Positions 8,870 through 19,100 of a DNA stretch of 29,721 nt are shown one piece after another. Source of the stretch: a virus. Its lineage: Duplodnaviria > Caudoviricetes. A program made the translations under genes and the position numbers. The DNA lies in the IMG/VR virus record IMGVR_UViG_3300006790_000080, positions 1 to 29,721 of that record, one strand, 5' to 3'. The notes beneath the pieces were generated by a model. That model did not search any database. It was not told where the DNA came from and was given only the letters and a program-made list of their open reading frames with translations. Each line of letters begins with the position of its first letter. Position 1 is the stretch's first letter.

Positions 8870-11800
8870 ATGGCAGAGCAGACTAGGCTAGAATTTAATG
8901 GATTTTTAGCATCAACCTTGCCGGATAATTCAACAAGAGAAATATCGGCAGCCGACCTACGACAAACGTTTATCAATTTAGCAGACTCTATATATTTATT
9001 TAACAACGATATAGATATATCTGCACAGAATTTTTCTGAATTATCAACTAGATCTATAAGAATAGGGTCGCTTGCTTTAGCTAGAAACAGCGTAAACTCT
9101 TTTTCTTCTGTTGACAATACTGCCGTTGGTCATTCTTCTCTACAGTTGAGTTTTACGGGTCAAAGAAATACTGCTTTAGGCTCTAGCTCTGCTTCTTGCG
9201 TCAGCCTTGGGTTTGATAATGTTGCCGTAGGTGTAAACTCTCTTGGTAGTACAAGCACCGGTTCTGGAAATCTAGGGCTTGGTAATTTCTCTTTAATGGG
9301 AAATAAAAACGGTAACTTTAATATAGCAATCGGTCACGGCGCTGGATATGTTGCCCCTACTGATGGCGAATTTAAATTTTATCTAGGTGTATATCCTCAA
9401 GCAAGCGGGGATTGCGACGATTTGGTTGATGGTATAGATGGCCCACCTCTCCTTTACGGCGACCTAAAAAGCCTACAGCTTGCCATTGGAGCCTCTGGTT
9501 TTAGGGGTTCAGAAAAACTTGCTGTTTCTGGCGACATTTTACCTTATGAATCAGGCGGGATGTTCAGCCTTGGTTCTGGCGAGTACAGATGGAACGCACA
9601 CATACAAGATCTTTATGTTAGCGGTAATATTTTTACAGGTAGTGAATCCGCTTCGTTTTATGAATACAAAATAACGGATGGCCTTTCTCCCGCTGATGTT
9701 ATATCTGATGGCGAAACTGTAGCAATAAGTGGAATTAGTGGAATCCTTACTGACTATTCATCAAACATAATGAGAGTCTCTGCTGCCCCACTTAGCGGTG
9801 TTATTGACTCTCAGTTTCTTAGTCTTTCCGGTGCTGCACCAGCATTTAATGGTGTTAGCGGGCTTATATGGAACGTTAGTGGTTGGGCAGAACAGTACGC
9901 TGATTCTGTGGGCGCTGCCGCTGGTGCCTACACTCACTGGAAAGTTTCTGACGGAACAAATAACAACAACATAACCGCACCCCCAAATGCTGCCAACACT
10001 TTAATATTTGGCGGAATAAGCGGAATAGAAACAAACTACAGGAGTGACACTAATACATTAGAAATATCATCACACCCGCTCTCTGGTTTTATTGATTTTA
10101 GATTTGAACAAGTTTCTGGAAAATTAAATGATATTTCTGGAGTTAACGGGCTAATAAATGGACTCAGTGGTGTTCTTCAGCCTCAAATAACTACAAATGA
10201 TTCAAGGGCTAGTGGATTAATACACGCCAGCGGCGATTACTTATTAAATTTGATATATAATAGCGGTGATAATGTACGTAAACATGCAGATCAAGTATTA
10301 GTAGACGCAAAGGCTTTTACTAATTCTGCTAGCGGCGCTTTGAGAGGAGCCATTGCCGACAGTGGGTATTTATTTAGTGGTATTCTGCAATCTCAAATTA
10401 ACACAAATGATAGTAGAACTAGCGGAATCTTCAACGCTCTTTCTGGTGTAGCCCCGTCAATCTTTGGTCCTAGCGGTTTAATATATCACGTTAGCGGCGC
10501 TGCTTTTGAACATGCTAACAACATCGCTGCCGCTGCCGGTTCTTACGTATTTTGGAAATTGACAGACGGCTCTAACGAAAAAGAAATAAGACACGATAAT
10601 ACTGTTAGATTTGTTGGTGAAGACGGTATATCGGCAGATTACGATAGCTCTGCTAGTATATTTACAATTAGCGCTTCAGACCTTAGCGGCGTTTTAATAA
10701 ACACATCTGTTTCAAACGACTCTAGGGCTAGTGGTTTAATATCTTTCACTAGCGGTGTCTTAGACAGGTTTATTGATAGCGCCAGTGGTAATTTACTAAA
10801 CTATACAAAAGATGTCAGTGGTGTATTTAGAAGTGATATTAATACAATTACTGAAGATACAGTAGGGACTATTGATGTTAGAATTGCCGCAGCAGAGTCA
10901 ACACTTAATACTAGGATAACCGATGAATTTACGCTTACGCGAGGTGAAAACGGCCTAAGCGGTATATTGAACAGAAAGATTCTAGCGACTAGTGGCTCGC
11001 TAGATGGGTATGTATTTGACACTAGTGGCAATCTACTATCTTATCTCAATGAGGTTAGCGGTCTTGCCTATAACCACGATTTCTTCGCTCTTAACGGTAT
11101 AGTTCATAAAGTAAGCGGTGTTAATCAAAGGTATGCTAAATCACTTATTGACGACTTTAGCCAAGACTTACTTGACGGCGATACAGGAAAGTGGTTTGCT
11201 GGCGATCAAACGCTCGCAAGCACAAAGCCAATATCGTTTAACAGCACATTAAATATTATTGGTAAAGACGGTTTAACAACTTTCCTTGGTGGCAATGAAA
11301 CACCCTTCTCTCTAACTGTCGATGCGGCTCCAATATCTGGATATCTTGAGGACATTGCGCTTGAGATAACCGGCGTTCAAGGTTGCTTCCAGACCAAGTT
11401 AAATGCTGTTAGTGGCTGGGCTTTTGGAACTGTAGAAGACTATGCCTACAGAAGCGGGGTTCTTGTTAGTGGTTGGGCGCATGATTCATTCTTGTACTAC
11501 GACAACAGGGCTAGTGGATTATCAGACCATCTAAGTGGTATACTTAGGGCTGGAATTTCTGACAGCGGTGCATTCTTTGATAACAGAGCTAGCGGTTTAA
11601 TAGATCATACGAGTGGTGTTTTAGATAGTTTTGTAGATTCAGTTAGTGGAAACCTTCAAGATCAATTTACATCAGTTTCTGGTCACGCTCCGTCTATCTT
11701 CGGGCCAAGCGGATTGATATTCAACGTTAGTGGCGCATCCTTTGAATACACAAATCAAGAAGTTCAAGCGTTAGCTTTAGCTAGTGACGCATATTCATAT

Positions 11801-12808
11801 TGGCAAATTAGTGACGGAACTACAACGAGACAAATTAGAAGTCTTGAAGAAACTCAGTTCCTTGGTATTAGCGGCATAGAAACACAAACTAAAACTACTG
11901 GCGCTAGTGGGCTTTCCATATCCGCAAGACCAATATCTGGAGTTTTACATGGAATTATTGGCGAAAGTGGAGCAAGTATACTTAATTATGTTAACACTGA
12001 CTTCTTTAATGATCTAGTCAAGCCAGAAATTAGCACTATAGCCGGAAATCTAGATGCTCCTCTTGATAGCAATGCCAGTGGATTGATTAGTTTTACAAGC
12101 GGCGTTCTTGATAGATTTGTAAAAAGCGCCAGCGGTAATTTAGACAGCTACATCGACACGGTTAGCGGCTATCTAGATGATTACATAGTGGATAACGACA
12201 CAAGAGCTAGTGGGCTGATCGCAACAAACGACACAAGGGCTAGTGGTTATATACTAGCAGTTAGTGGCGCAACAATTACTTCTGCTGGTAGTGGTTTGAT
12301 TAGACTTGCTGGAGGTGAATTCAATACCGCCGGAAGCGGAAACTTTGAAAGAGTATTTTTAAATCGTAATGGAACTCATGCAAGCGGTCAAATTGTAGCT
12401 GATAGTGGTAAGCACCACGATATTGTTAATAGCAGCGGTTTCTTGGTTGTACCCACTGCAAACACTTTTGATGACATCAGAGACGAAATAGACCCGATTG
12501 CGAATAGCGGAGCTATCGCTTTTGCTGGTGGTCACATGAGAGTTTCCGATGGAGTTAGCTGGCACAGACCTCCAGTTATAGAAGGGTTTATGACAGAAGA
12601 TCTAGATCCTCCAACTGATTACCTTAACCCAACAAGCGGTAAAATTTTAACTAGGGATGAAAATTTCTTAACATCAGATACTTACTGGGTTACAAACAGA
12701 GACCACACGTTTGCTGCTAGTGGCGGATACTTCTTGATGGCTATGTTGGTTAATAACGAATACAGGCCAGTTTGGAGTACTTGCTCCGGTTGTCCTTCGT
12801 GCGAATAG
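8870..12808 (+). CDS. Large fibre-like virion protein, Ser-Gly rich
   Basis: N-terminal 17-aa NTA(V/L)G..SL beta-roll repeats (YadA-head-like); recurring W/Y-K-x-(S/T)DG...ISGIET beta modules alternating with helical 7/11-periodic segments; about 70 SG dipeptides; C-terminal CSGCPSC. Confidence 0.68.
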   Translation: MAEQTRLEFNGFLASTLPDNSTREISAADLRQTFINLADSIYLFNNDIDISAQNFSELSTRSIRIGSLALARNSVNSFSSVDNTAVGHSSLQLSFTGQRNTALGSSSASCVSLGFDNVAVGVNSLGSTSTGSGNLGLGNFSLMGNKNGNFNIAIGHGAGYVAPTDGEFKFYLGVYPQASGDCDDLVDGIDGPPLLYGDLKSLQLAIGASGFRGSEKLAVSGDILPYESGGMFSLGSGEYRWNAHIQDLYVSGNIFTGSESASFYEYKITDGLSPADVISDGETVAISGISGILTDYSSNIMRVSAAPLSGVIDSQFLSLSGAAPAFNGVSGLIWNVSGWAEQYADSVGAAAGAYTHWKVSDGTNNNNITAPPNAANTLIFGGISGIETNYRSDTNTLEISSHPLSGFIDFRFEQVSGKLNDISGVNGLINGLSGVLQPQITTNDSRASGLIHASGDYLLNLIYNSGDNVRKHADQVLVDAKAFTNSASGALRGAIADSGYLFSGILQSQINTNDSRTSGIFNALSGVAPSIFGPSGLIYHVSGAAFEHANNIAAAAGSYVFWKLTDGSNEKEIRHDNTVRFVGEDGISADYDSSASIFTISASDLSGVLINTSVSNDSRASGLISFTSGVLDRFIDSASGNLLNYTKDVSGVFRSDINTITEDTVGTIDVRIAAAESTLNTRITDEFTLTRGENGLSGILNRKILATSGSLDGYVFDTSGNLLSYLNEVSGLAYNHDFFALNGIVHKVSGVNQRYAKSLIDDFSQDLLDGDTGKWFAGDQTLASTKPISFNSTLNIIGKDGLTTFLGGNETPFSLTVDAAPISGYLEDIALEITGVQGCFQTKLNAVSGWAFGTVEDYAYRSGVLVSGWAHDSFLYYDNRASGLSDHLSGILRAGISDSGAFFDNRASGLIDHTSGVLDSFVDSVSGNLQDQFTSVSGHAPSIFGPSGLIFNVSGASFEYTNQEVQALALASDAYSYWQISDGTTTRQIRSLEETQFLGISGIETQTKTTGASGLSISARPISGVLHGIIGESGASILNYVNTDFFNDLVKPEISTIAGNLDAPLDSNASGLISFTSGVLDRFVKSASGNLDSYIDTVSGYLDDYIVDNDTRASGLIATNDTRASGYILAVSGATITSAGSGLIRLAGGEFNTAGSGNFERVFLNRNGTHASGQIVADSGKHHDIVNSSGFLVVPTANTFDDIRDEIDPIANSGAIAFAGGHMRVSDGVSWHRPPVIEGFMTEDLDPPTDYLNPTSGKILTRDENFLTSDTYWVTNRDHTFAASGGYFLMAMLVNNEYRPVWSTCSGCPSCE

Positions 12809-12817
12809 GAGTTTATA

Positions 12818-15169
12818 ATGGGAAGATCTGGTGGATGTTGCCTTGGAGCGAATTGTACTGCGCCTCCGTGTCCTAGCGGTAATTGCTGCTTTGTAGAAAA
12901 AAATGATTCGATAAATATATTCAATCAATTTTCTTTAGCTATAAACCATCACCTAGATTATTACAACTGCGAGGATGACGTTACTGAAAATTGTTGTTTA
13001 TCAAAACAATATTCATTATTTAATGAAGGCGTTAAATGCGGAGATATTCGATCTTGTGACTCTACCTCCATAGCTATTCCTTCTGTTTACAATACAGACA
13101 AAGCTTTTGCTCTTCTAAAACACAATGGATCAGTTGTTGCTTGGGGTGATTCTGCAACTGGTGGATCTGTACCCAGCGACCTCTCTAACGTAGTTGAGAT
13201 ATTTTCTAACCCCGTTGCTTTTGTAGCTTTGAAAAAAGACGGAACCGCTGTACCTTGGGGCGATTCTTCTAAAGGTGGCTCGTTTTTACCAACCCTTACG
13301 CCGGGAGAAGATCCTGACACCTTAGACAATATAAAGTCTGTAACAGGTTCAGCTGGAGCTTTCGTCGCAATAAAAACAGATGGCACAGTTATTGCTTGGG
13401 GTGATGCTGCCTATGGAGGAGTGATACCATCCAGTATCAAAAACTTGCTTGTTGACATAGTAGAAGTAGTTTCTACTGACAGATACTTTGCCGCCAGAAA
13501 CACGGACGGAGAAATATTTATATGGGGAAATGGAGCAAAAGCTTATGATAAACGAGATACCGATAAGAGTGGCTCAGTAACAGTGTTAGATGCTTTAAAG
13601 ATCATAAACTTTATGGATAGATATGGCGATGGCGTTCCCGGTGGGTTAACCTTGGAAGAATTTGAACAGTGGGCAGAAGAAAATCCCACCGTTGCGACTA
13701 GTATTTACTCCTCGAAATTTGATGTTAACAGAAGCGGAACTGTTACAGCACTTGATGCACTACTTGTTATAAACGGTATGGCTGTTATAGGTGGACCTTC
13801 ATACGACTCTGGTTTTTCAAACGTTAAAAAAATATATTCAAATAAACACGCATTTGCTTTTCTCCTAAACGACGGAAAGGTTTTTGTTTGGGGAGATGAT
13901 ATAAAGGGTGGGAACACTGGAGGTAATCACCCCTCACTGGTAAACATTAAAGAAATATATAACACCGACCAAGCTTTCTTGGCGCACAGACAAGATAATA
14001 AAATAATAGTTTGGGGCGATATAGACACTGCTGCCGGTCCTGCTTCTGATTTTTACAGCGAGGTTTTAGATGTTTTCCCCTCTAGATATGCCTTCGGCTT
14101 ATCTTTCATAAAAATAACTGAAGAAGGTTCTAACGATGTTCTAACACATAAGTTCGATGTTCTTGGTTCAATTGTTCCTACTAAGGAGAATATTATAGCA
14201 AGAAGACGTACAAATTATGGAGCGCCGTGGAATCAGTTTAATAATATTACAATCGGTGAGATAGATATAAATTCTTACACCGTTGCTTCTTATGAGGGTC
14301 CATATAATTTTAAGTCATCACTTCTTGATGTTGATAACAATACTGTAACCTTTAAAAGAGATTTTTATGCCGGATATTATGCGTTTCACTTTGTCACCTC
14401 GACACTAGATGACGATACAAGTGAAAATGTAGACACTTTGGGTCGATATGAAAAAGATACTATATACTTTTACAGCATAGGGCAAACACCCGTCGATGGT
14501 GAAAAAGGCTCCCACGATTTCGAGGCCCTCACAACAACCACTGGCTCTATCGTAAGCTCTCATTACACACAGCTTGCGACAAATTTATTATACATTAATG
14601 ACAACGATGATCCGGGGACACCACAAGATAACCCAACTTGGAGAACCCTCAGTGATGGAACCAACCTTAAACGTCATAGCCCACAAGACGCCAAAAGTAA
14701 CAATTCTTTTGTAAAAGGCGGAAAATCTTACGCTTTTAATGAAAAAGCGACTGCTATGCTTTTACCTATAAGTGATGGGGTGTATACACTATTGACTGGC
14801 TTCGGCTTTCGTTCACTTCCAGATGACTTTGGAAATTATTTTTTGCTCACAAATGGTCATATAGACTACGGCGGATATCAAACAAGTTTTGGAGATCACG
14901 TTATCCCAAACGGCTTTCCGGTGGATTTGACAACAGAATACAATTTTGTTGCCTTATTCAGTAATAAGTATGCCTTTTGTGGCATACAATTTTACAGCAG
15001 CAACGGCGCTGATCGAGACACACAGTATGAAATTAAGACGTGGGGAGTACAAGAGTTTGGTGGTTCAAGTCAAGGAGTAGACTTTTCAAATACTTTTACT
15101 CTAATGAAAAACATATCCATTAAATATGAGGGTTGTCACCCAGACTATTGCGATCAGGAACTTACATGA
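12818..15169 (+). CDS. RCC1/BLIP-II-like beta-propeller protein with Cys-rich N-terminus and inserted type I dockerin
   Basis: Repeated AF.AL..DG.V.(A/V)WGD...GG blades; DTDKSGSVTVLDALKIIN and DVNRSGTVTALDALLVIN duplicated Ca-loop helices at 13556-13780; GGCC...GNCC...ENCC N-terminus. Confidence 0.75.
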   Translation: MGRSGGCCLGANCTAPPCPSGNCCFVEKNDSINIFNQFSLAINHHLDYYNCEDDVTENCCLSKQYSLFNEGVKCGDIRSCDSTSIAIPSVYNTDKAFALLKHNGSVVAWGDSATGGSVPSDLSNVVEIFSNPVAFVALKKDGTAVPWGDSSKGGSFLPTLTPGEDPDTLDNIKSVTGSAGAFVAIKTDGTVIAWGDAAYGGVIPSSIKNLLVDIVEVVSTDRYFAARNTDGEIFIWGNGAKAYDKRDTDKSGSVTVLDALKIINFMDRYGDGVPGGLTLEEFEQWAEENPTVATSIYSSKFDVNRSGTVTALDALLVINGMAVIGGPSYDSGFSNVKKIYSNKHAFAFLLNDGKVFVWGDDIKGGNTGGNHPSLVNIKEIYNTDQAFLAHRQDNKIIVWGDIDTAAGPASDFYSEVLDVFPSRYAFGLSFIKITEEGSNDVLTHKFDVLGSIVPTKENIIARRRTNYGAPWNQFNNITIGEIDINSYTVASYEGPYNFKSSLLDVDNNTVTFKRDFYAGYYAFHFVTSTLDDDTSENVDTLGRYEKDTIYFYSIGQTPVDGEKGSHDFEALTTTTGSIVSSHYTQLATNLLYINDNDDPGTPQDNPTWRTLSDGTNLKRHSPQDAKSNNSFVKGGKSYAFNEKATAMLLPISDGVYTLLTGFGFRSLPDDFGNYFLLTNGHIDYGGYQTSFGDHVIPNGFPVDLTTEYNFVALFSNKYAFCGIQFYSSNGADRDTQYEIKTWGVQEFGGSSQGVDFSNTFTLMKNISIKYEGCHPDYCDQELT

Positions 15170-16170
15170 AAAAATTATCAATAGGAATAGCGCATCACAA
15201 TGATTTTAGTGGCGCTTGGTTTACGATTCAGGACATAAGAAAAGAATTATTATTTAATAAAAGGAAAGATTTACTAGAAAAGATAGAGTTTGTTATTGTA
15301 GAAAACGACGCCGAATCAGACCATGCAGAAAGTTTAAAAAATTTTTCTATAAACAATCTAGCAAAAAACAAATCTTTGTCGTATAATATATGTAGGACCG
15401 AAGGAACTTCTTCTTCTAGGAACATGATTATTGATAACGCAAACGGCGAATTTGTGTTAGTTTTAGACTGTCATGTTTTACTTTGTCCTGTTTGGTTAAC
15501 TGTAGAAAGATTGCTAGGTCACATAGAAAAAAATCCCGAGGATGATAATATTTACTGCGGCCCACTTATTGGCGATGACGGCGAATCTATCTACACACAT
15601 TTTACAGACGAGTGGTCTGGAAGCAATTTTGGAAAATGGGCTTTGGCTTGGCAATGCGAGTGTAAAGACTACTACTTTGAGCTTACTAAAAATGAAGATA
15701 TAAAGGACTTAGTTACAGGGGAGATTAAAGAAAGTTGCCCTAAGTGTGGCTTTAAATATTCACATGGTAGCAAATGCAAACCTTGTGGACACACCGAAAC
15801 ACCTCCTTTTGAAATTGCATCACAGGGGTTGGGTTGTTTCCTTGTCAGAAAAGAATCTTGGCTTGGATTTAATGAGCATCACAGAGGTTTTGGCGGCGAA
15901 GAGTTTTACATTCATGAAAAATACAGAAAATCTGGCAGAAAAGCAATGTGCTTACCGTTTCTAAAATGGATGCACAGGTTTGATAGACCTCAAGGAATAA
16001 AATATAAATTAGAAATAGAACACATAATTAGAAATTACATATTAGAATTCACGGAGTTAAATTTAGATTTGTCTCCATTACGCGAACATTTCGTTGAGGA
16101 CAATGGATTTGACGAAATAGTGTATAATTCTTTTGTGAGAGAGGCTAATTATTTATATAATAGGAAATAA
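15166..16170 (+). CDS. GT-A fold glycosyltransferase (GT2/GT27, ppGalNAc-T-like) with a Cys-rich insertion
   Basis: LSIGI..HND, IEFVIVEN, SSSRN..IDNANGEFVLVLDCH, GLGCFLVRK, GFGGEE, MHRFDR. ATG 15166 overlaps the upstream TGA (ATGA) and is preferred to TTG 15133. Confidence 0.85.
   Translation: MKKLSIGIAHHNDFSGAWFTIQDIRKELLFNKRKDLLEKIEFVIVENDAESDHAESLKNFSINNLAKNKSLSYNICRTEGTSSSRNMIIDNANGEFVLVLDCHVLLCPVWLTVERLLGHIEKNPEDDNIYCGPLIGDDGESIYTHFTDEWSGSNFGKWALAWQCECKDYYFELTKNEDIKDLVTGEIKESCPKCGFKYSHGSKCKPCGHTETPPFEIASQGLGCFLVRKESWLGFNEHHRGFGGEEFYIHEKYRKSGRKAMCLPFLKWMHRFDRPQGIKYKLEIEHIIRNYILEFTELNLDLSPLREHFVEDNGFDEIVYNSFVREANYLYNRK
16120..16128 (+). promoter_or_regulatory. Putative late promoter GTGTATAAT inside the 3' end of the glycosyltransferase gene
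   Basis: Exact copy 45 nt upstream of ATG 16173, similar to the promoter-start distances at 3169, 8374 and 20096. Confidence 0.6.
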
Positions 16171-16172
16171 AC

Positions 16173-19100
16173 ATGGCACTTATTATAGCAGATAGAGTAA
16201 AAGAAACCACGATCACTGAGGGTACTGGAACAATTACCCTTAGTGGTCCTACGTTTGGTGGTTTCCAATCTTTCTCTAGTGCGATAGGTGAAGGAAATAC
16301 AACCTATTACTGCATTCAAAACGAGAGTAACTTTGAAATCGGGGTTGGCACGTATTCATCCGGCACCCTTAGCAGAGACACTGTGATAGAAAGCTCCAAT
16401 TCTGGCGCTAAGATATCTATTACCGGGGTTGCTGTTGTCTTTTGCGTTGTCCCATCTACTAAATTAATTTATAAAAACGAGAACGGTGATTTTGTTATCA
16501 CCGGAGATATAAATGTAGATGACGTAAATGCTGATTTAGTTTCTGCAAACAGTGGTGATTTTGGCTCCATTCTTTCTAACGGCATTGAAAGCAGTGGTCT
16601 ATTAACCCTGACAAGAGAAGATGCGGGTAGTTTTTTCCACGCATACGTTGACGACTCAAATGACAGAACTATCAGTTTACATTCTGACGCCGCCGTAGCC
16701 CCAACTTGGAAGCTCGGCCTAAAAAACTCTCCTTCTAGCGAAACAGACGCTCCAGCCTACGCTTATATTTACGGATCAGAAGGCTCTATTGGCCTTGTTG
16801 GAAACTCCGATAATCAAATAACTATATCTAATTCTTCTCCATTTATAGCCAAGCATCAGGGTGTTGATGTAATAACTGCTCACTATGTTACAGGTGTGCA
16901 TTTACAATCAAATAGTAGCGCTTATCCCGCCCTTATTGTTAATGGTGGAGCGGCTTTGTCTGCCGATATTCAAAGGTGGAACAACAATGCGGGAACTACG
17001 CTTTCGGTTGTCGATAACGCCGGTAACTTTGGAATTAGAAACTCTAATCCGTCTTATCAGCTAGACGTTACTGGAACTGGTAACTTTAGTCAAAGCATTC
17101 GTTTTGGCGACGGCACTGTGCAATCAACAGCCTATGTAAACTCTAGCGGCGAGCTACAATCTCAAATTACAACCAACACTGCCGCTAGCGGATCTCTACA
17201 ATCACAAATTACTTCTAATGCTGCTGTCAGTGGGGCATTACAACCTCAAATTACAACCAACGCTGCTGTCAGCGGTGTTTTGCAGTCTCAAATATCTGAC
17301 ATTGAATCTACCTCTGTTCTTAGTGGTGTTCTTCAGCCACAAATAACAGAAAATTCTCAAGTTGCCATATATGCCTCTGGTCACAACCTACAAAGTGTTA
17401 CGGGTAATGGATCAACTACAACAAATGCCATAACCGTAAGCAATAATAATATTACAGCTAGTAGCGGATTATTTAATACGTTAGACATGACACCCCTAGC
17501 GGAAGCAAGCTACCCAGCACACCAAGAAGGTGTTGTATTTTACGATGTTGACAATCACACGCTTAGTTTATACAATGATGAAGCAGATGTAACTCTACAG
17601 CTTGGTCAAGAAGAGTTTTTAAGAGTTAGAAACAATACTGGCGCAACCATCACCAACGGAACTGCCGTATTAATTACTGGTTCTCACGGAAATGCTGCCC
17701 CAACAATATCTGGCGCAATCGCAACTTCAGAATCCGCATCGCAAATAGTTGGCCTAGCCACCCACGATATTGAAGACAGTTCTTTTGGTTATGTTACTAC
17801 ATATGGTATTGTTAGAAATGTAGACACGTCTCATTGCGCTGCTGGTGATGAGATATTTTTGTCTGCCACTGAAGTTGGTAGCGGTGTAAATGTATCACCA
17901 ACAATTCCTAATTATAAAGTTACGATTGGTCATGTTATTAGAAGTCATGGCAGCAATGGCTCTATTCTTGTCCAAATTGGTAATGCAAAATTAGGTGGTG
18001 GCGATTTAAAGTCAGAAGCAGAATTAAATGTAAGTGGTGTTCCATTTGTTACCACTAAATCTGACACAACCGCTGGTGGTTCACAAACAGACCCGCTATT
18101 TATATTTGATAGCGGTAATCGTCAATTACAACTTGGTAGCGGTCTACAACTTCTAGACGGTGTTCCCACCAATACTACAAATGTTTTATACAATAATGCT
18201 GGCACACTAACTTTTAACGGTTCTGCTGTAGGCGGGTCGTCAACATCGGGTATAGTATTTGAAAAATCTGGAAGCAATGATGAATTTAGAATTGGCACAA
18301 CGTTCATTGATGCTGATGGAACAGAGCAAGTTGTTAGGGCCACCGATTTTAACGGTGGATATTTAAGATTAGAAGTTGCTAGATTTAGCCCATCCGTTTC
18401 TGCAAATGGTCAATCAAGAAGCTGGGATCAACCAGTTACTCAGTGGTCGGTTACTGTGGATAACCCAACCGACTTCACAACTAATTATGTGAGCGGTGTT
18501 AAATCTCCGCTGACTGGAATTACTGGCAGCGTAACGTCTGATGTCACCCTTTACTCAACATCCGGCCCATCTGTGACTCCGGGTGGCGGCGTTGATTGGA
18601 CTCAGACTTTTAGTACGGACGGCGATTCACCAATTTATTCATCTACCAATGACCTAACAGGTGGTTCTGCTAGCGCAACTGTTAGTTTCCTTGATAAGAA
18701 TCAGGCAACAATATCAGAAACAGCAACAATTACTTTCAACTGGTCAACCGCTTCTAATTCTATAGCATTTGCTAATCTTAGCGGTAAAAATTTCTTAGAA
18801 AGATATACAACCACGACGTACAATCTGACCATTAACAATATATCTGATCTATCAAATACATCAACAGCTATAACAACAAACGCTGGAACCTTGACTAGCT
18901 CTACTGGTGACGGCACGATAACATTTACGACACCGATTCATAAAGATAATAATAGCGGAAGAACAATTACTGCGACCACAGATTTTACTAGACCTGCAAC
19001 TGTCACTGGGACAGAATACACCTCTCAGGACGTTAATAGTGACAGTACTATAACAGCCACGTTTACATACCCAAGTTTCTATATATTTACATCAAGTACT

